Shown piece after piece: positions 38,663 through 50,318 of a DNA stretch of 64,000 nt. The stretch is from an uncultured Bacteroidales bacterium. Lineage in GTDB: Bacteria > Bacteroidota > Bacteroidia > Bacteroidales > VadinHA17. The DNA lies in the NCBI GenBank assembly GCA_963778605.1, contig CAVZVF010000001.1:857757-921756 (forward strand), in the 5' to 3' direction. Both the position numbers and the translations under genes were made by a program. Position 1 is the first letter of the stretch. Every line of letters begins with the position of its first letter. A model generated the notes under the pieces. It did not search any database. It saw nothing but the letters and a program-made list of their open reading frames with translations, and had not been told where the DNA came from.

Positions 38663-41137
38663 ATGATTTACCCCGAAAACTTTGAAAACAAGATAGGCTT
38701 CGACAGGATCAGGAGTATGCTGGCAGAGAAGTGCCTGAGCCCTATGGGAACTGACAATGTTAAAGCCATTGAATTCATGGATGATTTTGATGGTATTACT
38801 TATGATCTGTCGGCAACTTTTGAATTTCAGCAGGTACTTAATTTTGAAGATTATTTCCCTTCCGAGCACTATTATAAAATTTCTGATTGTCTTAATAAAA
38901 TACGTATCGAAGGTACGTTTCCTGAAGTCTCCGACGTATTTGACCTTAAACGGTCTGTTGAAACGGTGAAGGATATTCTCCAGTTCTTTAAGAGCAGGGA
39001 TGAATCAAAATACCCTGTTTTAAAATCACTTTGCAGTTCTGTAAAAACATATCCCTATATTCTCGACTCAATTGACCGGATAATTGATAAACATGGATTG
39101 ATAAAAGAAAATGCATCTTCACGGTTAAAGGAAATAAGATCAGAACTCGCGGGGAAAAGCATTCTTGTTTCAAAGCGGCTTAATGCTATACTGAGACAGG
39201 CTCAGGCAGATGGATTAGTTGATTCTGACACATCTGCTTCAATAAGGAACGGAAGAGGAGTGATACCTGTGAATGTCTATGATAAACGTAAGATCAGGGG
39301 GCTTATCCACGATCAGTCGGCTTCAGGAAAAACAGTATTTATTGAACCTGAGGAGATTGTTGAAATAAATAACGACATAATTGAACTCGAATATGAAGAG
39401 AAAAGGGAAATTGTAAGAATCCTAACCGCTTTTGCAGATAATATCAGACCGTATATAGATGAGCTTATTGAATCAAATGTTTTTCTTGGCAAGATTGATT
39501 TTATAAGGGCAAAAGCACTCCTCGGGAACCAGATTCATTCAATACGTCCTGTACTCGTTAATAAGCCCGGCCTTATGTGGAAAGGGGCGATCCATCCTCT
39601 TCTCTATACTGCCTTTGAGAAACTTCCGGGCAGAAAAGTTGTTCCGCTTGATATTGTCCTGGATGATAAAAACCGGATACTTCTTATCTCAGGACCAAAT
39701 GCAGGCGGTAAATCAGTATGTCTGAAAACGGTAGGATTACTTCAATATATGATCCAGTGCGGGATCACAGTCCCGGTAGAGGAAGGATCGGAGGCAGGCA
39801 TCTTCAGGAATATTCTGATTGACATTGGTGACGAACAAAGCATTGATAATGATCTAAGTACATATAGCTCCCACCTTATTAACATGAAAAATTTCATAAA
39901 GTACGGGACTGAACGGTCTTTAATACTGATCGATGAGTTTGGAACCGGGACTGAACCGATGCTGGGTGGTTCAATTGCAGAGGCTATACTTGGTGAGTTG
40001 AACAGAAAGCAGGTGTTTGGTGTAATTACGACTCATTATACTAATCTGAAATATTTTGCTTCCCTTACCGATGGAATAATTAACGGTGGTATGGCTTTTG
40101 ACAACCATCTTATGCAGCCTCTCTTTCAGCTGACTATCGGGAAACCTGGCAGTTCATTTGCTTTTGAGATAGCAAGAAAGATCGGGCTTCCTGAAGAAAT
40201 TCTTTCCGAAGCATCTCAAAAAGCCGGGATTAAAAATATTAATTACGACAGGCATCTGAAAGATATTGCACGTGATAAAAGATACTGGGAAACAAAACGG
40301 CAGATCATCAGGCAGGAAGAAAAGAGACTGGGGGAATTGATTGAAGAATATGAAAAAGAACTATCGGGTACAAAAATTTTAAAAAAGGAAATAATTACGA
40401 AAGCAAAGGGGGAGGCTGAAAACCTGCTTAAGGAATCGAACAGGATGATCGAAAACACCATAAGGCAAATTAAAGAGTCACAGGCCGAAAAAGAAAAAAC
40501 CAAAGACCTGCGCCAACAGCTCGAGGAATTCAAAAGCATAGTTGCTGAAGAATCAAATCCGGTTATAAGCGAATCAGAGGAAAAGATTCAAAAACTGAAT
40601 GCAAGGGCGAAAAGGATAACGCGTGAAAAGGTAAGTGAAAAACTTGAATCAAAAACGACCTCAGCCGAACCACTTAAACCGGGAGATGCTGTAAGATTGA
40701 TTGATTCTTTGGCTGCTGGCGAGATAGTTGAAATCAATGGGAAAAGAGTTCAGGTTGAAACGGGCAGTATCAGAATATCGGCGAATATCGATAAACTGGA
40801 AAGAATAAGCAGGTCAGAACTTAAAAAGAGCTATAAATCAAACCAAATCCATAGAGAAACGGATCCCTCTGTCAGTAATAGGAAAATCAACTTCAAGCCT
40901 GAAATTGATATCAGGGGCGTAAGGGGAGAAGAAGCTATAAACCGCGTTCGGGATCTGATCGATGATGCTCTGATTGTTCAGCAAAGAAACTTAAGGATAC
41001 TGCATGGTAAAGGTAATGGAATCCTCAGGGAACTTGTAAGGCAATACCTTTCAACAATAGATATAGTAAAATCATTCCGTGACGAACATGTTGAATTTGG
41101 TGGTTCAGGGATCACCGTTGTTGAAATGGACTTCTAA
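38663..41137 (+). CDS. mutS2: Endonuclease MutS2 (MutS domain V ATPase plus C-terminal Smr domain)
   Basis: 824-aa intact ORF with Walker A (GPNAGGKS), a long coiled-coil and a C-terminal Smr (IDIRGVRGEEAINRV...LRILHGKGNGILR). Confidence 0.9.
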   Translation: MIYPENFENKIGFDRIRSMLAEKCLSPMGTDNVKAIEFMDDFDGITYDLSATFEFQQVLNFEDYFPSEHYYKISDCLNKIRIEGTFPEVSDVFDLKRSVETVKDILQFFKSRDESKYPVLKSLCSSVKTYPYILDSIDRIIDKHGLIKENASSRLKEIRSELAGKSILVSKRLNAILRQAQADGLVDSDTSASIRNGRGVIPVNVYDKRKIRGLIHDQSASGKTVFIEPEEIVEINNDIIELEYEEKREIVRILTAFADNIRPYIDELIESNVFLGKIDFIRAKALLGNQIHSIRPVLVNKPGLMWKGAIHPLLYTAFEKLPGRKVVPLDIVLDDKNRILLISGPNAGGKSVCLKTVGLLQYMIQCGITVPVEEGSEAGIFRNILIDIGDEQSIDNDLSTYSSHLINMKNFIKYGTERSLILIDEFGTGTEPMLGGSIAEAILGELNRKQVFGVITTHYTNLKYFASLTDGIINGGMAFDNHLMQPLFQLTIGKPGSSFAFEIARKIGLPEEILSEASQKAGIKNINYDRHLKDIARDKRYWETKRQIIRQEEKRLGELIEEYEKELSGTKILKKEIITKAKGEAENLLKESNRMIENTIRQIKESQAEKEKTKDLRQQLEEFKSIVAEESNPVISESEEKIQKLNARAKRITREKVSEKLESKTTSAEPLKPGDAVRLIDSLAAGEIVEINGKRVQVETGSIRISANIDKLERISRSELKKSYKSNQIHRETDPSVSNRKINFKPEIDIRGVRGEEAINRVRDLIDDALIVQQRNLRILHGKGNGILRELVRQYLSTIDIVKSFRDEHVEFGGSGITVVEMDF

Positions 41138-41463
41138 TGTAAAGGAAGTGTCGTCAATCTTTTCTCCTGGGCCAGTATGAATCTATGAAGATTGGGGACA
41201 ATATGATCTGCATAGTTTCTCTGACCGGGAGAAGGATATAGCCATTCTTATCTCCGGCTTCACATCAACGGAACTTAACCCTCGTATGGGATGAAAATTT
41301 AAGGAGCAAGGGTTACTTCCGGAAATACCAACGATATGAAAATATATCCTGAGGCAGTCGGGAAAATGGTGAAAGTAAGATATATGGATCAACCGGAAAG
41401 CTTAAAATGGCAGGTTGTATTCCCAGGAATGCAAAATATTGCAATTCATAAGAGTGAGTAATA

Positions 41464-43785
41464 TTATGATGAATAAGAGAGTCCTTTGATAGAGTTTGTT
41501 TCTTTTATTTTAACCATAAAATTGCCAGATTCATGACCTTCAGGTACTTGCGATAAAAGCACCCATCCATTGCAGATGTTGAGCGCACATCCTTTACCTT
41601 TAACAGCGAACCGGAGAGGTTTGCTCATTTCTTGCCGTGTTGCACCACGATTGAAGATTTTTCCACGTGCATCAGGTTTATTTATGTCCCTGATTGTTAG
41701 GAAGCATTCAGGCGAGGAAACCCTGGCACAAATTGCATCTTGTTCCCCAATCCTTGCAAAAATGTCAATATTAACAGGATCACCGGATATGCCAGGCTTC
41801 TTAATCGTCATTTCCACAAGACCATCTGCGCCTCCAAACCTGACTTCAGGTTCAACCTGAGCAGCCATTACTGTTTCAGTAGCACTTAATGAAGAGAGTG
41901 TAAAATGCAAATCAAGACGCTCAGCCAGATCGTAAAGGAAAGCGTCAAGTTTCAGGTTTTGGGTAGAGAGAGTGAAATTTGCACCCGCAGGTAACGTCGG
42001 GTCACTATCAATTTTTAGCCCTATGGCAGCCTGAAATGCGGGCCATAAGTCAGCTAATACGGAAGGAGTCCCTGAATCCTGGGTTCAGATTGCAGCCCGA
42101 AGCATAGATCGGATTTTTGCTCTTTCTTCGGCTCCGGCCTCCTTGTTGATTTTCAGACGATCAGAGATCAGTTCAGGACCTGTACCTATTCCTCTGCACT
42201 TCTCCGGCTGGCGAAGAACCAGGCGGACATTATGCTCCTTTGCGATCACCTCCAATTGATCTTTTAATACCCAATTGCCTGAAATATCTAAAAAATCCGA
42301 ATGACGCGGTCCTTCAACGTCCACTATCAGCGGCAGCTCTTCATAAAGTTGCTGACCCCAACCCCATAGCATACCGTGCCACTCGAACGAATATTCGTTA
42401 GCAAGTATTGTAGTAATCGACTCAAAATCCTCGCCTTCAGCGATAGTAACCTCAGGTACGGGAGATTTTAAAATTTTGCCTTGATAGGTTCCTTCATAAC
42501 ATCCCATTGAAGTTGCACCTTTTGAAGACCGGGACTTACCGTTAATATCAGTTTTCACCTGTTCATCAGCTATCCCAGCGTAAGAAGCAGTGCTGCCATG
42601 ACTCAGTCGAAAATCCAGATTTTTAAGATCAGCAAATCCCGGATCTGTATTGAGAGTGGCTTGAGACCATTCTGGAAATTTTTCTCTGAGTTGATCCATC
42701 GTTAATTTTAACTGTTCCTCCCCTGCAAGAAATGTTACCAGGTTATTTACCGGATTCCACCATAGATTATGATCCATCCTTATGCTGTTGAAATCAATTG
42801 CAATACGGCCGCCTGGTTTCCGGTCCAATACAAGCATACCAGTACCTCTTTCAAGCACCGCAACTGCAATATTGTTTCGCAATATATTTTTATTACCGCG
42901 GATGGCTATTTCACTGGGGTCATTGCGCCGTGTCTCCTGCCAGCTGTTTGCCACACAGGTATTGTTAATAAATTTCACATTGTCAGAACCTGTTGAAGCC
43001 ATTCCCAGACCACCGTTCATGTAACAAAGGTTATTAGTTAAGGTGCAGCCGGCTCCTTCGTTGCGGGTCCAGTCAATTATGATACCATTTCCATCGGTGC
43101 GATAAGCTGACCAATCAAAGTTGCCATAGCATCGACAGTTGCGGATAAAATTATTTGCTGACTCTGGTTCAAGCAATGAAATCCCGCTCGACCAGCCACT
43201 TCCACCGCCGTTAAAAAAAGCATCAACTCCATCTATGGTTATGAAGTCACAATTGTTGGCATCCACGCCACCGGCTCCGCTATTGTAAGCTTTGCAGTTA
43301 AGAATCTCTATGTGCTTTGACCTGCTGATATTTATCGCCCCGCCGGAAGACCGGTAACAACCCTTAAAAGACAAACCGATCAGCCGGAGGTATTGAGTTC
43401 CTCCCGGAGTGGATAATGGGGAGTCGGTTGAATCAACATGAGGTCTGTCCGGTCCTATTACAGGTTTAAGATCATCTCCAGGCGCACATGAGATTGTGAG
43501 CCATTTGCCCTCTCTACCTCCCTTATCACCAGTTACTATCACCTCCTCAATATACCTTCCTGCCCGAACATATATTGTATCTCCCGGTGAGGAAGTGGCT
43601 ATGCCTTTATTCACTGTTCGAAATGGGTGACTTCGGGTTCCGGATGCCTGGTCATCTCCGCTGACAGAAACCCAAATTTCTCGTGAGTCAGTTGGTCCGA
43701 TTCCAAAATTTATACTTAAAGCACTTCCAACGGTAAAAACTCCTGTAGTTCTCAAAAATGTTCTTCGGTTTGTTTTTTTTTGCAT
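41464..43785 (-). pseudogene. Tat-signal right-handed beta-helix (pectate-lyase-fold) protein; 566 codons, an in-frame TGA, then 206 further open codons in the same frame
   Basis: ORF 42085..43785 has a Tat signal (NRRTFLRTTGVF) and a beta-helix repeat region. The stop is the rc of 42085-42087. Manual translation downstream in the same frame (TQDSGTPSVLADLWPAFQAAIGLKIDSDPTLPAG...) runs without a stop into tracked ORF 41464..41910. Confidence 0.65.
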
Positions 43786-43904
43786 GAATTGAGTTTTTCC
43801 ATTTTAATAGTGCAAGAACCTGAATATTTTTAAAACTTTTTGTTGATCGCTTCTCATTATTAATAAAAAAAAGTAATAAAAATTAACTTATAATTTATTA
43901 TTGA

Positions 43905-44985
43905 TCAAAACAGTTTTACCGAACCATATGAAGATTCCACATTAACCTTAGACTGAGGATTTTCTTCTTTACCAACTATGCCTGTAGTTTCGTTTGAGTT
44001 ATTTTCAACAATACGTTTCTGATATTTGAAGTTATCCTCATTTATTTTAAGGGATCCATAAGTTACTTTTGCATCAAGTTTATAACTGGCCGATTGCTCA
44101 ATGCCGAGCCGTACTCCGGTATAGCGTGATTCAACATCAATTGATTCGAAGCCGGTCTTTATGCGATCAGCAGAAATGGAACCATAGCTGCCATTAAAAT
44201 CAAGCTTCTTTTTCAATAAACCGATTTTTACGTCATCATAACCATTTTCAAGTACGAGGTTGTTAATATCTTCTATTCTGACATTATCATATCGCGAATC
44301 ACCGACTAATGAACTTGTTTCTCCAATCTGAATTTTGGAATATTTACTGTTGAGCAGGAGCGCCTGGCTCTTTGATATCATACATTCCCGGACTGTATCT
44401 GACGTAAATGTCCAGCCATCCGGCTTCATCAATAGTTGCTTTGCCGTAAGCCAGGGCAAGTTTACTTAGAGGTTTTTCATTACCTCTGGTTAGTTTCTCA
44501 GCAACAAGATCACCATATTTAATGTTCAGATTAACTGAACCTTTAAGTTCATCAATATCGGTATCCCCATAGATGTTGGAAAGTTTCAGATCGGCTTCCG
44601 CTGGCATTTTTACATTATATGTTATACTGAATTTTTTTGATCGGCTTCCCCATCCGGAGAAATTGAATTTTTCATCGATCACTGTTTTTGCTGAAATAAG
44701 GTTATCTCCCTTATTGAACTGTACATCGATATAACCCAGAAGCTTTTCGGCTTTTTCCTTATCGGACATTTCGACAGTTACCTTTACGTCTATAATTATC
44801 CGGTCCTGGTTCCAGCTCTGCACTGTTACATTTCCATACTTGTTACTTAAATCCAGTGTAGTACCGCGAGAAGCTGCGAATTCCCTATGATATTCCCTGG
44901 TTACCTCCTGTGCCGGTAAAGTAATTGATAAGAGGCATAGTGCGGATATTAGGAGTATCCCTGATTTATAGGCTTGCTTTTTCAT
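43905..44985 (-). CDS. DUF4097-like beta-strand repeat protein (putative adhesin), secreted; one frame break in 44344-44459
   Basis: ORF 44344..45009, trimmed to the ATG at 44985 (MKKQAYKSGILLISALCLL signal), joins ORF 43905..44459. Repetitive YGxxxI/V beta-strand motifs are present (KYGNVTVQ, IYGDTDID, KYGDLVAE, SYGSISAD, TYGSLKIN, SYGSVKLF). Confidence 0.65.
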
Positions 44986-45550
44986 TTTTATTATCTTTTT
45001 TATTATCATTTCTGATTGATTTTAGCTGATTCACGATATAGTTCATTACTTCCAGCTTTGTCTGATAATGCTCGATCATTGCACTGATAACTCTTTCGTC
45101 ATTAGGATTTGCTTTGAGTTCTTTCTCCAGCTGAACATAAACAGAGTCCATGCTTTTCATCTCCCTTATCAGCATTTCTTTTTGTTGCGGATTATTTTTC
45201 AGATCGACAGTAATTATTTCACTTTCCATAAGATTAACCTCATGGAGATAATAGTTTTCCACCTCTTTATAATGTGGTGAAACATCACCAAGAGCCATTC
45301 TGTTACTGCCTGATCTTATGAAATGTTCCCATGTCCAGAGTGAGGAGAGGGTTATTAGAAGAGTAACTACAGCTGCTTTTAACAGGTAGGGAACAATACT
45401 TCTTTTGACAGAAGAATGGAATCTCAGTTCAAGTTTGCGGTTAAACCTCTCAAAGTGACCTTCCGAAGGCTCCCGGTCTTCAAAAAGATCCCTGTTATTC
45501 CTGATTATTTCATCTATAGTTTTCATTACCCGTAAATTTTCTGTTTCCAT
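44966..45550 (-). CDS. Putative membrane-anchored anti-sigma factor (start uncertain)
   Basis: Part of tracked ORF 44966..45688. A start at ATG 45550 (METENLRVMKTIDEIIRNNRDLFE...) gives one TM segment (IVPYLLKAAVVTLLITLSSLW). The call rests on its position directly after an ECF sigma gene. Confidence 0.45.
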   Translation of the reverse strand: METENLRVMKTIDEIIRNNRDLFEDREPSEGHFERFNRKLELRFHSSVKRSIVPYLLKAAVVTLLITLSSLWTWEHFIRSGSNRMALGDVSPHYKEVENYYLHEVNLMESEIITVDLKNNPQQKEMLIREMKSMDSVYVQLEKELKANPNDERVISAMIEHYQTKLEVMNYIVNQLKSIRNDNKKDNKNEKASL

Positions 45551-46103
45551 TAAGTTCTCCGATGAGTTTCTGTTTAGCTCTCGAGAGCTGTGATCGTGAT
45601 GTGCTGCTGCTGATCGACAGAATTTCAGCAATCTCATCATGATCATAACCTTCAAGAAGGTAGAGTGAAAGAATAATCCGGTACCCATCAGGAAGTCTCC
45701 TGATTGCTTCCTTTACCTCCTCGATCTGCACATCGATTTCTTCATTCCTGGAAGTATCGTCATCGCTCTCATCTCTTATACCATAATGAGATTCAATATC
45801 TTCAAAGACCGCTTTTCTTTTATTCAGTTCATCAAGTGAACGGTTTATGACAATTTTTTTCAGCCATGCCCCGAAACTTACTGTTCCCGAATAAGTGTCA
45901 ATCTTTTCAAAGGCAGACAGGAATGCTTCCTGCATTATATCTTCGGCTTCCATGGTATTGGTCACAATCCTCAGGCTCGTGTTGTACATTGCCTTGTAAT
46001 ACAACTTGTAAATCTGAAACTGTGCTTTCTGATCGCCTGATTTACACCCGTCCAGAAGATCCTGGTGTAAATTTTTGAATGCCGCTTCTACATTATTTGC
46101 CAT
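45510..46103 (-). CDS. ECF-type RNA polymerase sigma-70 family factor
   Basis: Tracked ORF 45510..46145, trimmed to the ATG at 46103 (MANNVEAAFKNLHQDLLDGCKSGDQKAQFQIYKLYYKAMYN...). Region 4 reads DHDEIAEILSISSSTSRSQLSRAKQKL. Confidence 0.85.
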   Translation of the reverse strand: MANNVEAAFKNLHQDLLDGCKSGDQKAQFQIYKLYYKAMYNTSLRIVTNTMEAEDIMQEAFLSAFEKIDTYSGTVSFGAWLKKIVINRSLDELNKRKAVFEDIESHYGIRDESDDDTSRNEEIDVQIEEVKEAIRRLPDGYRIILSLYLLEGYDHDEIAEILSISSSTSRSQLSRAKQKLIGELNGNRKFTGNENYR

Positions 46104-46201
46104 CTTTACTAAATGACTTGTTCTTATATGTGTTGCTGCATCCACTGTCTGCTAATTTTACAATAAACAGACGAGGGATTTTTTTTTATGCTGCACTTAA
46201 T

Positions 46202-47102
46202 TTAAGAAATTTTAGGATAATTTCTGAAAAAAATTAAGAAAATAAGTCCCTGGGTCACTTGTCCGCTTGAATAGTCAAGCTCCGAACCGAACATACTGTG
46301 AGGTATTGAATATACAAGAAGAAGAACAATCGCAGCAAGAACTGTATAAAATGGTTTATCCTGCTTTCTGTTCATTATTACTGCTAATATCCAAAAAATA
46401 AGAGCAATAAGTGTTTTATTATCAGTAAGATCCCAGCCAAACGGGATGCCCGTCCAGAGGTCTCCGAAAGCAAATTTCTGTACAATAGGGCCAAGTATCA
46501 TTCCTCCGGCTAATAAAAAGAATGAGAGTCCATATTGCGTATTTTTTATAGGCTGGATAATTTACTACACCCATAAGCCCGGCAGCAGTTGAAAAGAGCA
46601 TAGCCAGAAACATCAAAAGGATATGCGGAAGAAGAATATAACCCGGAACGCTTCCTTTAAATCTTATAACAACCGGTGTTTCTTTCATGAAATATCTGGT
46701 CCCGCTGGAATCTTTAATTCCAATATAATATTGAAGTTTCCCTGCGGCCGGTTGTGGTGGAACATCTGCAAAAAATCCTTTTTCTTCAGTTATTTTAAAT
46801 ACCTTATTCATTAAAAATGAGTTAACAGGATAAACCCTGTAGGAAAAAGGCGTAACCTGGTATTCTTCATCTGTTTTGAACCGTTTATAATAAAGATTTG
46901 CTTTAACAGAAGTGTCATTTATGTTCATTTTGACTTCCGGACGCTCGCTGAGATCAATACTGCGAACAAGTTTAAGCTTATACAGGGAATCATTTATGAT
47001 TACCGATATTTTTTTCGGATAGGTGGGGCCTGTAGTTCTTTGATAATATGCTGCGCCAATTGTAATAAAAAAGGCAACAAACCATAAAATAAATTTTTTC
47101 AT
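46202..47102 (-). CDS. Hypothetical multi-pass membrane protein; one frame break in 46422-46501
   Basis: ORF 46422..47102 (signal/TM, then a soluble ~150-aa domain, then TM helices) continues into ORF 46202..46501 (TM helices). No family was recognised. Confidence 0.45.
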
Positions 47103-47220
47103 ATTTTGTATTTTTTCAATATTTTCATCTCCACAATCTCCAGCTCATTTCAAGCGGGTCTTCAGAGTTCATTACCTGTAATGCTTTAAAGTTCCTTCCA
47201 GATTACCCTATTTAATGCTA

Positions 47221-48993
47221 TTATAATTGGATCAGAAGGACCACTTTTTTATCATTGCGGAGAACTTCAACAGTTATGGTTTGTCCATGCTTAAGCTGTC
47301 CCATTCTGAACATATAATCCTGGATGTTATTTACTGTCTTACCATTAACAGAGGTTATAATATCGCCTTTTTGCATCCCTCCCAATGCCGCTGGTTTCCC
47401 CGGAGTAACAAAATCAGCTCTTAGCCCGTTTTTAATATTCCCTGCAAAATCCGGCATTATACCAAGAGTGACTCCTTTCCTTCTGACAATTCTTCCTGGT
47501 TCGGCTTTCGGACCTGATTCCCGGAATTTAAGTCTGCCGGTTGAGTTTGCCAGGTTTTCAGCAACATTGAAAATGCTGGCAGATATAGTTACCATGCCTT
47601 CGTAATTTATCTTGTCGTACGTATCGGACGGGGTATGATAATCGAGATGAGCTCCGGTAGTGTAGAACAGAACTGGTATATTTTTCCCGTAGAACGAGGC
47701 GAAGTCCGACGGACCATAACCTTCATCAGCAAGAGAAAGTCTGATAACTGTTGTATCGCTTTGAGACGTAACCAGGTTTCTGAGGTCTTCAGCAGTGCCA
47801 ACACCGGTTACCTGTAACACTTTTGTTTCCTGTAAACGACCTACCATATCAAGATTTATCATTGCATTTATTTTAGAGAGATCAATACCCGGATGATCAA
47901 CAAAGTATTTCGACCCAAGCAATCCCATCTCCTCACCGGTAAACGCAATACAGATGATACTTCTTTTATGGCTGTTTTTCGTATAAGCAAACTTTTCGGC
48001 AAGCTCAAGCATCATGGCTACACCCGAAGCATTATCATCGGCCCCATGGTGAACCGCGACCGTATCAACAGCCCTGCTTGAAGATCCGGGGCCCCCCATG
48101 CCCAGATGATCGAAATGTCCGCCAATAATTACGTATTCATTTTTAAGCAGTTCATCCTGTCCGGGAAGCAACATAACCACATTTCTTGTGTTGCTTTTCT
48201 CTATTTTAATGTCACTTTGTGCATCTACTGTAATGCCGGTTTTGAAACTTGCTGGTTTCCTGGTACTGTTAAGTTTTTTTTCAAGAAGTGAAACCGAGGT
48301 TTTTGATTTTGACAGAATGGCATCTGCCAGCTCTCTTTTAATTCTTATCACGGGGATATCAACCGAATATTCGTCTGTGGTAAGCGATTCGAATGTATCG
48401 AGAGGATCGAAGGCCGGACCGGATACCATCAGAACTCCGGCAGCGCCCATATCTTTGGCAATAAGCGCCTTGTCCCTGTCTCCGCTGAACGGAATGAATG
48501 GGCTTACTGTTTTATCGGATTCAGGATCTGCCCGAAGTATCATTACCCACTTACCCGCCGGATCAATATTGTTATAATCATTCCATTTCAGGCTGTCATT
48601 ATTTATATTGAATCCATAACCTGCGAACAAAACCTCTGATTCAACGGCTTTATTGGCAGTGAAACCCATCGGTGTAAAATCCTTTTCAGACACATATGAT
48701 TTTTCATTTACAGAAAACCTGTTTCCTGATCCGGGTACTATTCTGCTTGTCACTTTGAATCTTTGAAATCCGTCACCTGCCAGCGGAACAAAACCGTAAG
48801 AGACAAGCTCATTCTTAATATATTCAGCTGCCAGGCTGTCCCCGGGGGTTCCGGTAAGACGTCCTTTGAGAGAATCTGATGAGAGGTATTTTATATGCGA
48901 AAGAAGCTCACCTGTAGTTATATCAGGGTTTCCCGAACATGAACAGATAATGGAAAAAATTACTGCAGGAAGCAGCCGGCTGATGTATCGCAT
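47221..48993 (-). CDS. M28-family peptidase with C-terminal PDZ domain, lipoprotein
   Basis: 590-aa intact ORF with lipobox FSIICSCSG. It has M28 motifs (GGHFDHLG, HHGADDNASGVAMMLE) and a C-terminal PDZ-like region (GGMQKGDIITSVNGKTV). Confidence 0.85.
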   Translation of the reverse strand: MRYISRLLPAVIFSIICSCSGNPDITTGELLSHIKYLSSDSLKGRLTGTPGDSLAAEYIKNELVSYGFVPLAGDGFQRFKVTSRIVPGSGNRFSVNEKSYVSEKDFTPMGFTANKAVESEVLFAGYGFNINNDSLKWNDYNNIDPAGKWVMILRADPESDKTVSPFIPFSGDRDKALIAKDMGAAGVLMVSGPAFDPLDTFESLTTDEYSVDIPVIRIKRELADAILSKSKTSVSLLEKKLNSTRKPASFKTGITVDAQSDIKIEKSNTRNVVMLLPGQDELLKNEYVIIGGHFDHLGMGGPGSSSRAVDTVAVHHGADDNASGVAMMLELAEKFAYTKNSHKRSIICIAFTGEEMGLLGSKYFVDHPGIDLSKINAMINLDMVGRLQETKVLQVTGVGTAEDLRNLVTSQSDTTVIRLSLADEGYGPSDFASFYGKNIPVLFYTTGAHLDYHTPSDTYDKINYEGMVTISASIFNVAENLANSTGRLKFRESGPKAEPGRIVRRKGVTLGIMPDFAGNIKNGLRADFVTPGKPAALGGMQKGDIITSVNGKTVNNIQDYMFRMGQLKHGQTITVEVLRNDKKVVLLIQL

Positions 48994-49010
48994 ATGTATT
49001 TTAAAATCTT

Positions 49011-50222
49011 TTATTCAAACAACTTAAATGCCTCTTTTATTAAGCCTATAGCTTCTCTTAACTGTTTTTCAGTAATTACAAGCGGTGGCGCGAAACGGAT
49101 AATATGATCATGTGTTGGTTTGGCGATAAGTCCCTTATCTTTCATTGCCAGACAGACATCCCAGGCTGTCTTATCTCCTTTTGGCTTTATTACCACTGCG
49201 TTAAGCAGTCCCTTGCCACGTACAAGCTCAATCATATCCGATTTAATATTACTGAATTCTTCGCGGAATATTTTACCCAGGTGTGCAGCATTTTCGGCCA
49301 GTTTCTCGTTTTTAACAACTTCAAGTGCTGCTATTGCTACCCTGGCAGCAAGAGGATTACCTCCGAATGTGGAACCATGTTCTCCGGGTTTGATGGTTAG
49401 CATAATCTCATCGTCGGCCAGTACTGCTGATACAGGCATTACCCCGCCTGAAAGTGCTTTCCCGAGTATCAGAATATCGGGTCTGACTCCCTCGTAATCG
49501 CAGGCGAGCAGTTTTCCTGTCCGGGCAATTCCGGTTTGCACTTCATCAGCTATAAAAAGTACATTCTTTGATTTGCAGAGGTCATAAGTTTTTTTCAGGT
49601 ACCCTTCGTCAGGAACGAAAACTCCTGCCTCTCCCTGGATAGGTTCTAAAATGAAACCTGCAACATCAGGATCCTTCAGAGCATTTTCAAGGGCTGTTAT
49701 GTCATTGTATGGAATAATGACAAATCCCGGGGTGAATGGTCCGTAATCATTTCTTGCATCGGGGTCGGTTGACATTGAAATAATTGAAATGGTGCGTCCA
49801 TGGAAGTTACCCTCACATGCAATTATCTTGGCCTTATCCTGTGGAATACCCTTTTTCTTATATGCCCATTTACGGGTGAGTTTGAGAGCTGTCTCATCAG
49901 CTTCAGCTCCGGAGTTCATTGGAAGGACTTTATCGTATCCGAAATACTTCGTGATGTACTCTTCATATTCACCAAGTGCAGAATTGTAAAATGCCCTTGA
50001 AGTAAGTGTAAGCGTTTTAGCCTGTTCTGTTAAAACTTTCACAATTGCAGGATGGCAATGGCCCTGATTCACAGCTGAATAAGCCGAAAGGAAATCGAAA
50101 TATCTTTTTCCTTCAACATCCCAAACAAAAGGACCTTCACCCCTTTCAAGTACTACCGGCAGTGGATGATAGTTATGTGCTCCATACTTTTCTTCACGAT
50201 TAATAAAATCCCGTGTGTTCAT
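49011..50222 (-). CDS. rocD: Ornithine aminotransferase (class III PLP aminotransferase)
   Basis: 403-aa intact [23 protein letters not shown]...[15 protein letters not shown] and [11 protein letters not shown] are characteristic of ornithine--oxo-acid transaminase. Confidence 0.88.
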   Translation of the reverse strand: MNTRDFINREEKYGAHNYHPLPVVLERGEGPFVWDVEGKRYFDFLSAYSAVNQGHCHPAIVKVLTEQAKTLTLTSRAFYNSALGEYEEYITKYFGYDKVLPMNSGAEADETALKLTRKWAYKKKGIPQDKAKIIACEGNFHGRTISIISMSTDPDARNDYGPFTPGFVIIPYNDITALENALKDPDVAGFILEPIQGEAGVFVPDEGYLKKTYDLCKSKNVLFIADEVQTGIARTGKLLACDYEGVRPDILILGKALSGGVMPVSAVLADDEIMLTIKPGEHGSTFGGNPLAARVAIAALEVVKNEKLAENAAHLGKIFREEFSNIKSDMIELVRGKGLLNAVVIKPKGDKTAWDVCLAMKDKGLIAKPTHDHIIRFAPPLVITEKQLREAIGLIKEAFKLFE

Positions 50223-50318
50223 ATTGTTGATTATTAAGTAGATATAAATGTAAGAATCCAGATCACAATTTTACTAAAGCTTTTTGTTATTTCCAAACAA
50301 TGTATCACCCCGGATACT

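Noticed and set aside
41183-41392. 69-aa minus-strand ORF in the mutS2 / beta-helix intergenic region
   Set aside because: It has no motif and lies opposite the more protein-like plus-strand remnants, so it is probably spurious.
7810-42087. Alternative genetic code (TAA or TGA read as sense) to explain the in-frame stops at 7810-7812 and 42085-42087
   Set aside because: TAA, TAG and TGA all terminate well-conserved genes at their expected C-termini here. Examples are dapB and the ykgJ-like gene at TGA, and trmD, mutS2, rocD and GH2 at TAA.
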